Assembly: GCA_963711055.1 (NCBI GenBank)
Contig: CAVQCR010000013.1
Span: 1,248-65,247, forward strand
Source: an uncultured Actinomycetota bacterium
Lineage (GTDB): Bacteria > Actinomycetota > Actinomycetes > Streptosporangiales > Streptosporangiaceae
Reading direction: 5' to 3'
Length of the DNA: 64,000 bases
Shown here piece after piece: positions 1 to 8,807 of this stretch. The notes under the pieces were generated by a model. It was not told the DNA's origin, did not search any database, and saw only the letters and a program-made list of their open reading frames with translations. Numbering within the stretch: the first letter of the stretch is position 1; each line of letters opens with the position of its first letter. Position numbers and translations under genes: made by a program.

Positions 1-38
1 CCTGGGCGGCGGAGCCCGACGTGGTGTCGCTAGATCCG

Positions 39-120
39 CCGTACGGAGACACCTGGAGGGGACAGACACTCCTGATAGCGAGCGGTCTGTAAAACCGTCG
101 GCTCAGCCAATGCCACCGGC
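39..120. repeat. Copy A of a tRNA-like repeat: anticodon-arm-like hairpin GCGGT-CTGTAAA-ACCGT (82-98) followed by a GGC-TCA-GCC mini-hairpin; degraded relative of copy B at 6606-6710
   Basis: By-eye alignment with 6606-6680 shares GGACAGACACTC[C/T]TGATA..GAGCGGTCTG..AAACC(C)GTCGGCTCAGC. Indels break every reading frame, so conservation is at nucleotide/RNA level. Confidence 0.5.
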
Positions 121-479
121 ACGCCTTTGCGTGGACGGCGACGGCGGAATAGGAACGATGATCGGCTGCCGATAGATCGGGCTGAGCTGAGCGCATAATG
201 GCGCTGTTATGGGCAACTGGTACCCGTCCCTTTCCCGTAGTGATGACGCCAGTGTGTCCGCGCTTGGCGCCGACAGGCAGGGGTTCGCCCGGTGGGAGGG
301 TTCAGGGGAACGTGATGGTCGGGGCATACCGGGCCGCAGGTGCTCGTAGATGGTCGTGGGCTACCACGTCGTCGAAATCGCCGCCGGCAGCGTCTTCGAG
401 CGCGGATCGGCAGTTATGGGCGGCGGTCGGCGCTGACGATCAGCTTTGGGTAGTGCGGGTATACCGCCGGACGGGGATC

Positions 480-1457
480 TCAGTCGATCGGCTCGCGATG
501 CACCCACTCGACGAGGTTGTCGGACGCGAGCGCCCGCACGCGCGCGGCGTACCGGGCGAGGTCGGCGTCGTCGAGGAGGTCGCGCCACTGGCCGCTCGTG
601 CCGCGGCTGAAGAACGCGGCGGGATCGATCCAGTGCTCCGGACCGCCGCCGGGGACGGTCGTGCCGGCCCTGCTGCGCATCGACTCGAACGTCGCCGCCT
701 GGACCAGGCGGGGCCATCGGTGCTCGTCGACGTCGATGCCGAGGCGCGCGGCCATCTGCCGCATCTGCCCCTCCAGGTCGGCCTTTAGGTCGTCGTAGTG
801 CAAATACACGACGTCGAGATCGCCGGCGGCGTCCCGGAACGTCTGCAGGTGCTCTACAGTGCGCCGCAGCGACGACCCGACCTGCGTCGACGGCGTCTCG
901 TCGTCGACCCACTGCCAGAAGCGGTCCCGCTCGCCGTCGGGGCGCGGCCGCGGTGGCCGCAATGGTCCGAGCTCGATACCGTCGATCGCGGCCGCCCGTT
1001 CGCGTTGGCTGAGGAACGCGCCGATGTCGGTGTTGCCGATATGGCGGTCCATCGACAGCCCCACGTCGCGCGGGTCCCGCCCGACGCAGATGTAGGTGAC
1101 CGCCGGATCGCTGGGTATCCCGTCGAGCGGCGTGTGGGTCTTGATGAACCGGCGGTGCGTCTGGGCTTCCAGGTCCGCGAACACGTCGGTGCGGGCACGA
1201 GTCACCATGTCGATCCACGGCGAGAGCGTGTCCAACGGGAGCGGGAGCTCCGGTTCCTGCAGTATGAGCAGGGCGCAGATCATCTGCGTCCACGTCGTCC
1301 CGCACTTTGGCGGGGTGCTGATGATGATGTCGCCGGGGCGGGGCTCGAAGCCGTCCCAGCGGTTGCTGTCGTACATACTCGCCTCATAGCGGCGCACGGC
1401 CGTCATCCTTGCAGCGGATCCGATCCCGTGAGGCCCAGATGATTCATCGCACGACAT
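480..1457 (-). CDS. Sulfotransferase family protein (PAPS-dependent); the start may instead be the internal Met at 1406
   Basis: PAPS-binding 5'-PSB motif PPKCGTTWTQ near the N-terminus. The rest of the sequence looks sulfotransferase-like (RFIKTHTP, GRDPRDV). Confidence 0.85.
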   Translation of the reverse strand: MSCDESSGPHGIGSAARMTAVRRYEASMYDSNRWDGFEPRPGDIIISTPPKCGTTWTQMICALLILQEPELPLPLDTLSPWIDMVTRARTDVFADLEAQTHRRFIKTHTPLDGIPSDPAVTYICVGRDPRDVGLSMDRHIGNTDIGAFLSQRERAAAIDGIELGPLRPPRPRPDGERDRFWQWVDDETPSTQVGSSLRRTVEHLQTFRDAAGDLDVVYLHYDDLKADLEGQMRQMAARLGIDVDEHRWPRLVQAATFESMRSRAGTTVPGGGPEHWIDPAAFFSRGTSGQWRDLLDDADLARYAARVRALASDNLVEWVHREPID

Positions 1458-1771
1458 TCTGCCGAGGGCTCAAGACTGAGGTTCCGAAGGGCGTCGCGCA
1501 ACAGTACGCAGCGCAGCACCCGCCCATAATGTCCGATCTCGAACACTCCGCGAGGGCATCATGAAGGCCAGAGGATGAGCGCCGAACGACGGTTAAGGCG
1601 TCGCAGCAGCGCACGCAGCAATCACGTTCTGTGACCGACATGGGCATCTCCGGGCAGTTTCTCGTGGCCGCCAGCGGGCAGATTTCGATGGCCGTCAACA
1701 GCACACCACGTTGGCTCCCCCCAGGGCCACTCGGATAGCTCGCGCCTAGGCCGAACTGAGACACTGCAGGC

Positions 1772-2398
1772 TCAGTGACCCACCCTGAGCCTACCGATCG
1801 CCTCACCGGGCATACCCGCCATCCACCTTGGCCTGCACGTCTCATGAGACATGCGAATTCTGGAGAAAAGCGGCTGATGGTGCGGATGACTCTTGAGGAA
1901 GTCACCGAGCCACTTGTCGAGTTCGGGGTCCTCGACCTCTGGAACGAAGGTAGAAGGCGCCGACCGCACCGGCCGCGGGCCGACGGTCGCGCCTTCGAGC
2001 GCGCGATGGATGGCGGCCAGGAGCACAGGCGCCTGCGAGCACTGCTGCTCGTCGTCGTCGGCCCATTGGCCCTCGATGAACGGCCAGACGCTGACCGGCC
2101 GACCATCAACCAGACCAACCGTCTCGCCTCGGGTGTTGACACGAGGCGCGATCGCTTCGCGGACCGACGCGGCGGCCGCGGTCGCCACCGCATGACACCA
2201 CTCGAGTTCTGCCAGCTGTCGCCACGCCGGCCCGATCCGGATGACGACGTCGCCGACGCGGAATGCCGCCGACTCCTCACCTCCGTAAAGACGAACAGCG
2301 GGACCGTTCAGGTTCGTCGACCAATCACGCTCGACGGCCTCACGCACATTCGATGTCAGCGGCGTGTCCACGAACGGCACCGGGACATGTTGGACCAC
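1772..2398 (-). pseudogene. Phosphotransferase (APH/choline-kinase-like) N-terminal fragment lacking the catalytic loop
   Basis: N-lobe-like sequence (AAFRVGDVVIRIGP, WPFIEGQ) but no HGD..N or DxD motifs. About 300 nt downstream has no coherent frame. Confidence 0.45.
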
Positions 2399-2457
2399 GC
2401 AACGCGGTGGAGTCGGAGCTCAGCCGAGAACTCCAGTCCCCGAGCGCGGCCGCCGGA

Positions 2458-3429
2458 CTACGACGAGAGTTCAGCCCGGCGCGACCACCAGGCCTCGGCG
2501 GCGGTCATTGCGCTCTCGGCCTCGTGGATGCCGTCGCCCACGAGCCCTGCGGTGGCAGCCCAGTGCAAGGGTACAAGGGCTAGAGCCCCGGGGAGCCAAC
2601 GGTGCTCGTCGCGAGTCAGCGGTTCCGGAGCCGTGCCTTCGTAGGCGTCGAGCAGTCGTCGCGGCTCGAGCAATTCGCCGCCCTGTGCGACGTGGTGCAG
2701 GCTGCCCGCGATGTCGTACAGCCGCTCCCTGACCCTCGCAAAATCCAGGTCGAAGGTGGCCCATGAGCCGTCTGACAGTTCTCCCGCGTTGCCCAATTTG
2801 TAGTCCCCATGAATCGGAGTGCATGGCAGTTCGACCTCCTTCCGGAGCTTGGAGAGCTCGCCAGTCAGTTGGCGCATCCGATGCACGACCGGCTCGCTGC
2901 GGGGTCCGAGCCTGCGGCGTGTGAAGCCGACCGAGTAACGCAGTTGGCCGAAGGTTCTGTGGTCGTCGAGGGGTTCGGGCGGGCTGGGCTCCCAGACTGC
3001 TTTGAGCGCAGTGTGAAGGCGTCCGAGCTCCTCGAATAGGCGGACGTAGGAGTCCTCGTCCGCCCGTGGCTGGACGTGATCGATGAACTCCTCAATCTCA
3101 GCCCAACGATCAGCGACCCTCAGGAGGTCGCAGCCGGAAATCCGAATCGGCCGAGCGACGCGGACTTGCGTCCGCTGGAGCCGCTCCCGCAGGCGCCGCA
3201 GTCCCGCTACCCGGCCGCGGCGGACCCAGGGCCTATGAACCCGGAGGACAACCGGCGGCTCAGCGTCTATCCGCACGTTGAGGTTGAACCCACCGCCAAT
3301 GTCTGCCCATCCGGCCCCTCGCGCGACGCGGGCGATCAGGGCCGAGACGGCCGGGTCATCTGGGCTGGCTCTAGGTCCGAACCAGCGCGGCAAGGGAGGG
3401 GGAGAGGTCGAAGCTTCGATTCCGGTCAT
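2458..3429 (-). CDS. Phosphotransferase enzyme family protein (aminoglycoside/homoserine-kinase-like fold)
   Basis: Catalytic loop HGDYKLGN and FDLDFA motif. Start trimmed to Met 147 of the track ORF (ATG at 3429); the upstream extension is Arg/Thr-rich and not protein-like. Confidence 0.8.
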   Translation of the reverse strand: MTGIEASTSPPPLPRWFGPRASPDDPAVSALIARVARGAGWADIGGGFNLNVRIDAEPPVVLRVHRPWVRRGRVAGLRRLRERLQRTQVRVARPIRISGCDLLRVADRWAEIEEFIDHVQPRADEDSYVRLFEELGRLHTALKAVWEPSPPEPLDDHRTFGQLRYSVGFTRRRLGPRSEPVVHRMRQLTGELSKLRKEVELPCTPIHGDYKLGNAGELSDGSWATFDLDFARVRERLYDIAGSLHHVAQGGELLEPRRLLDAYEGTAPEPLTRDEHRWLPGALALVPLHWAATAGLVGDGIHEAESAMTAAEAWWSRRAELSS

Positions 3430-3956
3430 GGCAATGGCCCACCAGCGCACCCGAGGAAGGGTCCGCCGGCGAGCACGGCGCAATCTTGCCGCGACGCTAT
3501 GACGACCGGCAACCCCGCAGCCCTTTCCGCTCGCCTGATCACCATCGTGGAGACGAGTGGCTGGTCGGTCGAGCCACTGGGCACTAGCTTTGCTGCCTGT
3601 CCGCAGCAGCGGTGACTTCGACGGCGCCGATAGCGCCGTCTCGGTAGGTGATCGTGAGGTCGTACATGCCGGCCTCGGAGTTGTCGTCGTGCTGGTCGAC
3701 CGCGCAGCCCGGGAGTGCCGCGCGCAGGCAGTCCCGTGCCCAAGCTTCCTCGTCAGGCAGGCCCACCATGGTTGCCTGCTTCTGGTGATGCTCCGTCTGC
3801 CGCAGCGGCGGGCATCTCGCCTTCCAGGAACTTGTTCCAGTCCGGGCCGCCATAGTCCCGGATCCACGTGAGCAACTCCGGCTTGTCAGGATGTTGGCTC
3901 AGAAACTGGAGCAATTTACCCCGCTTCGCGAAGCAGGCTGAGGGTCTTGATCGCGG

Positions 3957-4541
3957 TCAGCACGGAAGCTCCCGTTGGTCGGACCAGCGGGTAAAGGTCG
4001 CGTCGAGGGAGTCGATGAGGCGGGTGAAGGTGTCGTCCACCGACTGCGGCAGGCCGAACCCGCCGGCCGCTTCCAGGGAGGTGAACCCGTGCAGGACGAC
4101 CCGCAGCACGCGGATCGCGTCGATGGCGTCTTTTCCGCTGATCTGGTAGCCGTCGAGCACGGCGAGCAGGACAGCGGCGGCGGCCTCGCCCGCGGCGAGG
4201 TGTTCACTGTCGGCGGGGTCGGGGGCCCGGATGCTGGCTTCGGTTCGGCCGGGGTGCACGGCTGCGTAGGTTCGGTACGCCGCGGCGATGGCGTGCAGGG
4301 CGTCGCGGCCGGACCGCCCGACGGCGGCCCCGGCCATCGCCGCTGTCAGTTCCCGCACGCCGAGGACCGCCAGGTCGCGTCTGAGGCCGTCGAGGCTGTC
4401 GATGTGCTTGTACAAGCCCGGGAGCGAGATGCCGAGGCGCCTGGCGACGGCGGCCAGGGTGAGGCGGTCCAGGCCTGCCTCGTCGGCAACCGCCGCGGCC
4501 TCGGCGACAACCCGCTGGCGGCTCAGGCCGATGCGCGGCAT
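3957..4541 (-). CDS. TetR/AcrR family transcriptional regulator
   Basis: N-terminal HTH LTLAAVARRLGISLPGLYKHIDS; typical length of 194 aa. Confidence 0.9.
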   Translation of the reverse strand: MPRIGLSRQRVVAEAAAVADEAGLDRLTLAAVARRLGISLPGLYKHIDSLDGLRRDLAVLGVRELTAAMAGAAVGRSGRDALHAIAAAYRTYAAVHPGRTEASIRAPDPADSEHLAAGEAAAAVLLAVLDGYQISGKDAIDAIRVLRVVLHGFTSLEAAGGFGLPQSVDDTFTRLIDSLDATFTRWSDQRELPC

Positions 4542-4608
4542 TGGCTGTCCCTCCGAGCCTGGGCTGCGGCGCCGCGCCCGCCCGGAAGCGGCGCCTGCCC
4601 GCCGGCCA

Positions 4609-5304
4609 CTACCGGCCCCGCTGACCGAGCACGATTCCCGCCCCGGTCACCCAGGCCAGCAGCAACGGCAGTGACAGCCATGCGGCCAGAGCGAGGGCGG
4701 GGTTCAGCAGCGCGTACCCGACGCCGGACGCGGTGATCGCGGCGGCGAGCGCCACCCCGGTCCATTGCAGCCAGCCGGGCAGCAGACCGGTCCGCCTTGC
4801 CATGACAGTGCCTGCGGCGGCCATGGCGGCCAGCACCAGCATCTTCACCCCGTCGAGCCGGTTGAGCGCCTCGGTCACCGCCGCCGCGGTGCCAGCGTGC
4901 CCGGCGGGCACCACCGAGATGGTCAGGTACAGGCCCAGCGCGCACTGCACCAGCGCGATCGCCGCCGCGGCGGCGCCAGCGCCGATGGTCAGCCGGGACA
5001 CCCGGCCCGCGCGTGCGCGCAGGCCGCGCCCCAGGGCGATCGCCACCACGGCCAGGGCCAGCGACGCAGTGCCCTCGGTGAGCACAAACTGCGCGGCCGC
5101 GGCCACCTGGCGCCCGGCATCACCGGCCAGCACCTGCGCGCCGGTGGATCGGACGTCGGTCGAGGACGGCGCGACGGCCAGGCCCGCCAGCCACGACGCG
5201 GTGTAGGCGAGGCCGGCTACCGCCGGCACGCTCTGCAGACCCCGGCGCCGGGGCGTGCGGGCAGCCCGCACGGGCGTAGGGGCAACTGTCGGCGGTGTCA
5301 TCAA
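4609..5304 (-). CDS. Integral membrane protein (DUF4386-like), co-oriented upstream of the TetR gene
   Basis: Multiple Ala/Leu/Gly-rich hydrophobic segments. There is a 67-nt gap to the TetR gene and a palindrome just upstream. Confidence 0.7.
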   Translation of the reverse strand: MMTPPTVAPTPVRAARTPRRRGLQSVPAVAGLAYTASWLAGLAVAPSSTDVRSTGAQVLAGDAGRQVAAAAQFVLTEGTASLALAVVAIALGRGLRARAGRVSRLTIGAGAAAAAIALVQCALGLYLTISVVPAGHAGTAAAVTEALNRLDGVKMLVLAAMAAAGTVMARRTGLLPGWLQWTGVALAAAITASGVGYALLNPALALAAWLSLPLLLAWVTGAGIVLGQRGR

Positions 5305-5318
5305 GGGCTCCCTGATCG

Positions 5319-5360
5319 TTGGTTAGTTGAGATAACTCATAGGTTATCTACATTAACCAA
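5319..5360. promoter_or_regulatory. 42-nt imperfect palindrome, candidate TetR operator for the 5304-3957 operon
   Basis: TTGGTTAGTTGAGATAACTCA / TAGGTTATCTACATTAACCAA, with 16 of 21 positions symmetric (cores TTGGTTA and GATAAC). AT-rich island 15 nt upstream of the start at 5304. Confidence 0.45.
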
Positions 5361-5733
5361 GCTCGTCAAACCCGCATCCCGTGGTACCTGGCCCGCGGTG
5401 CCCAGCCCAGCGCGGGCCGGGACTTTTCCAAGGCCGTGCTATGCCGCCACTGCGGGACCACGGCCGGCTCAGCTACCCAGTCCGGGATCTCGGCATCCGA
5501 TGACGGCCAGCGCACATTCATGCCCACAGCCGGTACCTCAGCACCCGGATCGCCCGGCAGTTGGCCGCCTGTCCCCAGCGGCGGACTGCGTGGTGCCCGT
5601 CGACCCGGGCACCACGCCCAGGCGGCCAGCCCCGGCATGTGGTCTGCCTTCTCGTTGCCGCGGAAGGCACCGCGCGTCTGAGCCTGCATGATCGCGCTCT
5701 CGCTGCTGGTCGCCTGGTGGCGATGCTGAGCGG

Positions 5734-6468
5734 CTAGGAGCGGCCGGCTGCCTTCGCCCGGCTCACCGCCTCGGCCACATCTCCCCTCCACGGTTCGCCG
5801 TGGCCAGGGAGCAGCAGGTCAGCGTCGATTCCCGGCAGCGCATCGAGCGAAGCGAGTGCCAGCGGAGTGTCCTCATTCAGGCCCGACGGCATGATCTGGG
5901 GCCCGATCCGGCCCGTCAGCGGGTTCCTGGTCGCCAGGACATCGCCGGTCAGCAGCACGCGGCGATCCGGCAGCAGCAGGGCCGCGCTACCGGGCGTATG
6001 GCCGGGCGCGTGCACGACCCGCGGGTTTCCCGGCGCGTCAATGGTCTGGCCGTCGGCGAAGGCCGACACCTCGCTGACCGGGACCATCCTGGTTGCTCCC
6101 CGGCGGGCCAGCGAAAACAAAGTCCGGTAGAACTCGGCCCTGAGCAGGTAGGACATGACTCCGCCGTCCGTCTTCCCGCTGGCCTTGCCGGTCCTGGCCG
6201 CCTCCGCGTCAGCCTGGTGGATCCACACCCGCGCCCGCGCCTGGGCTCGTGTCCGTTCAGCGATCCCGATATGGTCGGGATGCGCGTGGGTGAGCAGCAC
6301 CGCCTCCACATCGGCAAGCTGACCGCCGAGCGAAGTCAGCGAGCGCTGGAAGAAATGCCAGTCACCCGGCGTGCCGGCGTCAACCAAGGTGAACTTGCCG
6401 GACTGCCCGATCAGATAGAAGTTCGTTACACCCTGCGTCAGACGGTGAACGCCTTCGGCGACCTCCAC
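5734..6468 (-). CDS. MBL-fold metallo-hydrolase
   Basis: THAHPDHIG and HAPGHTPGS metal-binding motifs. GTG start at 6468 preceded by GGGAGG with 7-nt spacing. The longer track ORF runs into the repeat at 6606-6710. Confidence 0.85.
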   Translation of the reverse strand: MEVAEGVHRLTQGVTNFYLIGQSGKFTLVDAGTPGDWHFFQRSLTSLGGQLADVEAVLLTHAHPDHIGIAERTRAQARARVWIHQADAEAARTGKASGKTDGGVMSYLLRAEFYRTLFSLARRGATRMVPVSEVSAFADGQTIDAPGNPRVVHAPGHTPGSAALLLPDRRVLLTGDVLATRNPLTGRIGPQIMPSGLNEDTPLALASLDALPGIDADLLLPGHGEPWRGDVAEAVSRAKAAGRS

Positions 6469-6605
6469 TGGACTGCCTCCCTCGACGGCAGACGGAGCCG
6501 GACTGGATGCCCGGGCACCATGACCATGACACGCCGGCGAAGGCTGGGGCCCGGTCGCCCATCCGCGTGCGGATGCGTTCGGCGATCGCATCAAGCAGGG
6601 GCTGC

Positions 6606-6710
6606 CCGTATGGAGGCGCCCGAAGCGGACAGACACTCTTGATAATGAGCGGTCTGCTAAACCCGTCGGCTCAGCGTACGTTGGTTCGAACCTAACAATA
6701 CCTGCCACTA
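6606..6710. repeat. Copy B of the tRNA-like repeat, here followed by a T-arm and acceptor-CCA-like tail; no pairing 5' acceptor strand, so not an intact tRNA
   Basis: Anticodon-arm-like GCGGT-CTGCTAA-ACC(C)GT at 6649-6666. T-arm GTTGG-TTCGAAC-CTAAC at 6680-6696, then AATACCT-G-CCA at 6697-6707. The 5' part GGAGGCGCCCGAAGCGG resembles a class II tRNA start but does not pair with the 3' end. Confidence 0.5.
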
Positions 6711-6930
6711 CCAGCGGAGACGGCTCGTGACCTGGCTATTCTCGGGCTCACGGGCGGAGCTGTTCGCGGTGGGAGACGTGCATCTGAGTCCCGCTGAGTC
6801 CGGTTCTCTACAGCTGTCCACGGACATATAGGGCACGGCGTCGGCGATCACGAACCCGGCATGGGCGGCTGGCATGGCTGGGATCCGGCACAGCTTGAGC
6901 GGTGTGCTCAGGTTCGAATCCTTAGCGCGG

Positions 6931-6954
6931 CTAGCGGGGCTCCTAGCGGGGCTC
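6931..6954. repeat. Tandem 12-mer CTAGCGGGGCTC x2, preceded by a related CTTAGCGCGGC
   Basis: Read directly. Lies in the 730-bp noncoding gap, just after a GGTTCGAATCC T-loop-like motif (6911-6921). Confidence 0.6.
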
Positions 6955-7093
6955 CACGCAAAGCGTCCCGCCGGTAACGCGCGTCCTGCAGCGGGCCAGC
7001 TTGTGATTGAAGGCAGATTCCAAGTCCCAGTCCGGCGAAGCTAGCGTGATCGTCCCGGGCGTAGGCCAGGAACGCGGCCCGCGGCACTGTAGA

Positions 7094-7117
7094 GTATCTC
7101 TGTTCTATATGAGATAC
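7094..7117. promoter_or_regulatory. Inverted repeat GTATCTC-N10-GAGATAC upstream of the GntR gene
   Basis: AT-rich island about 85 nt upstream of 7201. The spacer contains TGTTCTA, which recurs at 8784-8790. Confidence 0.35.
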
Positions 7118-7200
7118 ATCATGAGCCTGGCGAGGTGCCGGTCTCGACCGTCTGTGCCGCTGTTGACGGCGTCTCGGGCAAGTGACCAGCTAGGACGCGA

Positions 7201-7620
7201 ATGCTGCTCAGTATCGAACCTGACGGCTCTGTGCCGATCTATCAGCAGATCCGGGACCGGATCGTCGAGGCGATCGCCACGGGTGAGGCACCCACGGGCT
7301 CTGGGCTGCCTGCCACCCGGCAGCTGGCGGTTGATCTGGGCATCAACTTCCACACGGTCAACAAGGGCTATGACCTGCTGCGCCAGGAGGGCCTGTTGCG
7401 GATCGGCCGGAAGGCCGGCGCGGTGGTACAGCGCGACGCGACCAGCAGCCCGCCGAGGCCTGGCTGGCAAGAGGACTGGGCGAGTCGCCTGCGGACCTTG
7501 CTGGCCGAGGCCACTGCGCAGGGACTGGCGGCGGAGGAGATCATCGGGCGCTGCCAGGACATCGTCGCCGGGTTCGTGCCGGTCACCTACGGCGGCCCGG
7601 CGGTCGGAGAGGCGTCGTGA
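7201..7620 (+). CDS. GntR family transcriptional regulator (short YtrA-like subtype)
   Basis: Winged-helix motif LPATRQLAVDLGINFHTVNKGYDLLRQEGLL. Short C-terminal domain. The stop overlaps the next start (GTGA). Confidence 0.9.
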   Translation: MLLSIEPDGSVPIYQQIRDRIVEAIATGEAPTGSGLPATRQLAVDLGINFHTVNKGYDLLRQEGLLRIGRKAGAVVQRDATSSPPRPGWQEDWASRLRTLLAEATAQGLAAEEIIGRCQDIVAGFVPVTYGGPAVGEAS

Positions 7621-8685
7621 GCGCGGCTGTGCTGGTCGGGGACGTCGTGGTGCTGCTGTTCGGGGTGTTCATGTGTGTCGGGCCGCTGGTGACCCGGCCG
7701 AGCTTGCAGTTCGGTGTTCGCGTCCCGTCGGGGTATGCCGGGGCCGTGGTGATCCGCCGAGAGCGGCGCGCCTATCCAGTGGCGCAGCGTCCTGATCGCG
7801 ATCGGCGCCCTGGCCGCCCTGATCGCCTTGGGCGGCCATACGTCGCGTTGGCCCAGCCGGCTCGTTCTTATCATCGAGGTCGCCGCCGACCTGGGCTGCT
7901 TCAGGCGGGCGCATCAGCAGATCGCGAAGGTCAAGTCGGCGGAGGGCTGGTTTGCCGGGCGTCGGCAGATGGTGGTAGCCGACACCAGCTGGCGTAGCGA
8001 GCCCGAGGCGTTCCCGGCCCGCTGGCTTCTTCCGGCCGTGGCGGTGATCGCCGCGACCCTGATCGTCGGTGTCTTGCGCTACCCGCATCTGCCCGCCTAT
8101 CTGACCCTGAGCGACCACCGGGTGGCAACCTCGCCGGCGAGCGCGTTCGCGGTGGTCGTCGGTCAGTTGTACGCGACCGGGTTGTGGACGGGGCTGCTCG
8201 TGCTCGTGTACCGGTCGCGACCCGATCTGGACACGGCCGACCCGGCGGCGAGCCTGCGCAGCTACCGCAAGGCTCTCGGCGCGTTCGGGCGGGCCGGACT
8301 GATCCTCCTCGCTTGTGTCGACGCCAGCGTCCTGCTGTTCGCGTTGCAACTTTGGCAGGTGCTTCACCTCTCCGGCGGCGCGAACCTGCTCGCGGCGCTG
8401 CCCGTGGTGGCCGGCCTGGTCGGATTCCTCGTCACTGTGGTGGGCGCCGGGAGGGCACGGGCCCGAACCGTCGCTGGAGCGCAGGCGACCGACCGGGATG
8501 ACGACCAGTACTGGAAGGGCGGCATCGTCTATGTCAACCTCGACGATCCTGCCGTGCTGGTGGGGGCCAGGGTCGCTTTCGGGTGGACCGTCAACCTTGG
8601 CAATCCGATCGCGTGGCTGCTCGTCGCCGGGTTTCTCGCGCTGCCAGCCGGCTTGGTGATCGTCAAGGTCGCCACCGGCATCTGA
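7617..8685 (+). pseudogene. DUF1648/DUF5808-type membrane protein, reading frame broken near 7753-7775
   Basis: The N-terminal part (FGVRVPSGY...RRERRAY) is in one frame. It continues (WRSVLIAIGALAALIAL...) in the +1 frame. The C-terminal part has a DUF5808-like motif DDDQYWKGGIVYVNLDDPAVLV..GWTVNLGNP. Confidence 0.7.
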
Positions 8686-8780
8686 CGGCCGTCCAGGGGG
8701 ACGCTCGTCGTCCAGTCTGGGGTGGTGGGTGGAAGCTCTGAGCAGCACAATCCGCTGGCATCTGCCGTGATCTCTGCTAG

Positions 8781-8795
8781 TGTTGTTCTACAACA
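8781..8795. promoter_or_regulatory. Palindrome TGTTGT-tct-ACAACA just upstream of ABC cassette 1
   Basis: Perfect 6-bp arms, 13 nt before the ATG at 8808. Shares TGTTCTA with the site upstream of the GntR gene. Confidence 0.35.
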
Positions 8796-8807
8796 TATAG
8801 ATCAAAG

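Noticed and set aside
361-1305. 314-aa ORF antisense to the sulfotransferase. Similar long ORFs occur at 7669-8748, 9842-10810, 14960-15949, 18792-19772, 25530-26225, 27721-28782 and 60170-61249.
   Set aside because: These are Arg/Pro/Gly/Ala-rich translations typical of the antisense frames of high-GC genes. Each fully overlaps a gene with clear family motifs.
3584-3853. 89-aa ORF with a plausible-looking segment (MYDLTITYRDGAIGAVEVTAAAD)
   Set aside because: It is too short and ends abruptly, with no family identified. It is possibly the N-terminal stub of another decayed gene and was not reported as a feature.
5366-5791. 141-aa ORF between the membrane-protein operon and the MBL gene
   Set aside because: It overlaps the 3' end of the MBL gene, has a low-complexity Pro/Gly centre and no recognisable motif. 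It could be a decayed gene, but I cannot support calling it.
6606-6680. Minus-strand reading of the repeat contains TATCAAGAG/TATCAGGAG, reminiscent of the start of SAM-I/SAM-IV riboswitches
   Set aside because: The other conserved riboswitch blocks (GGAGGGA, GCAACC and so on) are absent. I also looked for TPP, glycine, fluoride, guanidine and T-box hallmarks in this repeat and found none.
6907-6933. GGTTCGAATCC T-loop motif suggesting a tRNA gene
   Set aside because: The T-stem has a mismatch. The upstream sequence gives a 5-bp stem with a 10-nt loop and no variable region, and no 5' strand complements the putative acceptor GCGCGGC. I could not fold a cloverleaf, so at best this is a tRNA 3' fragment.
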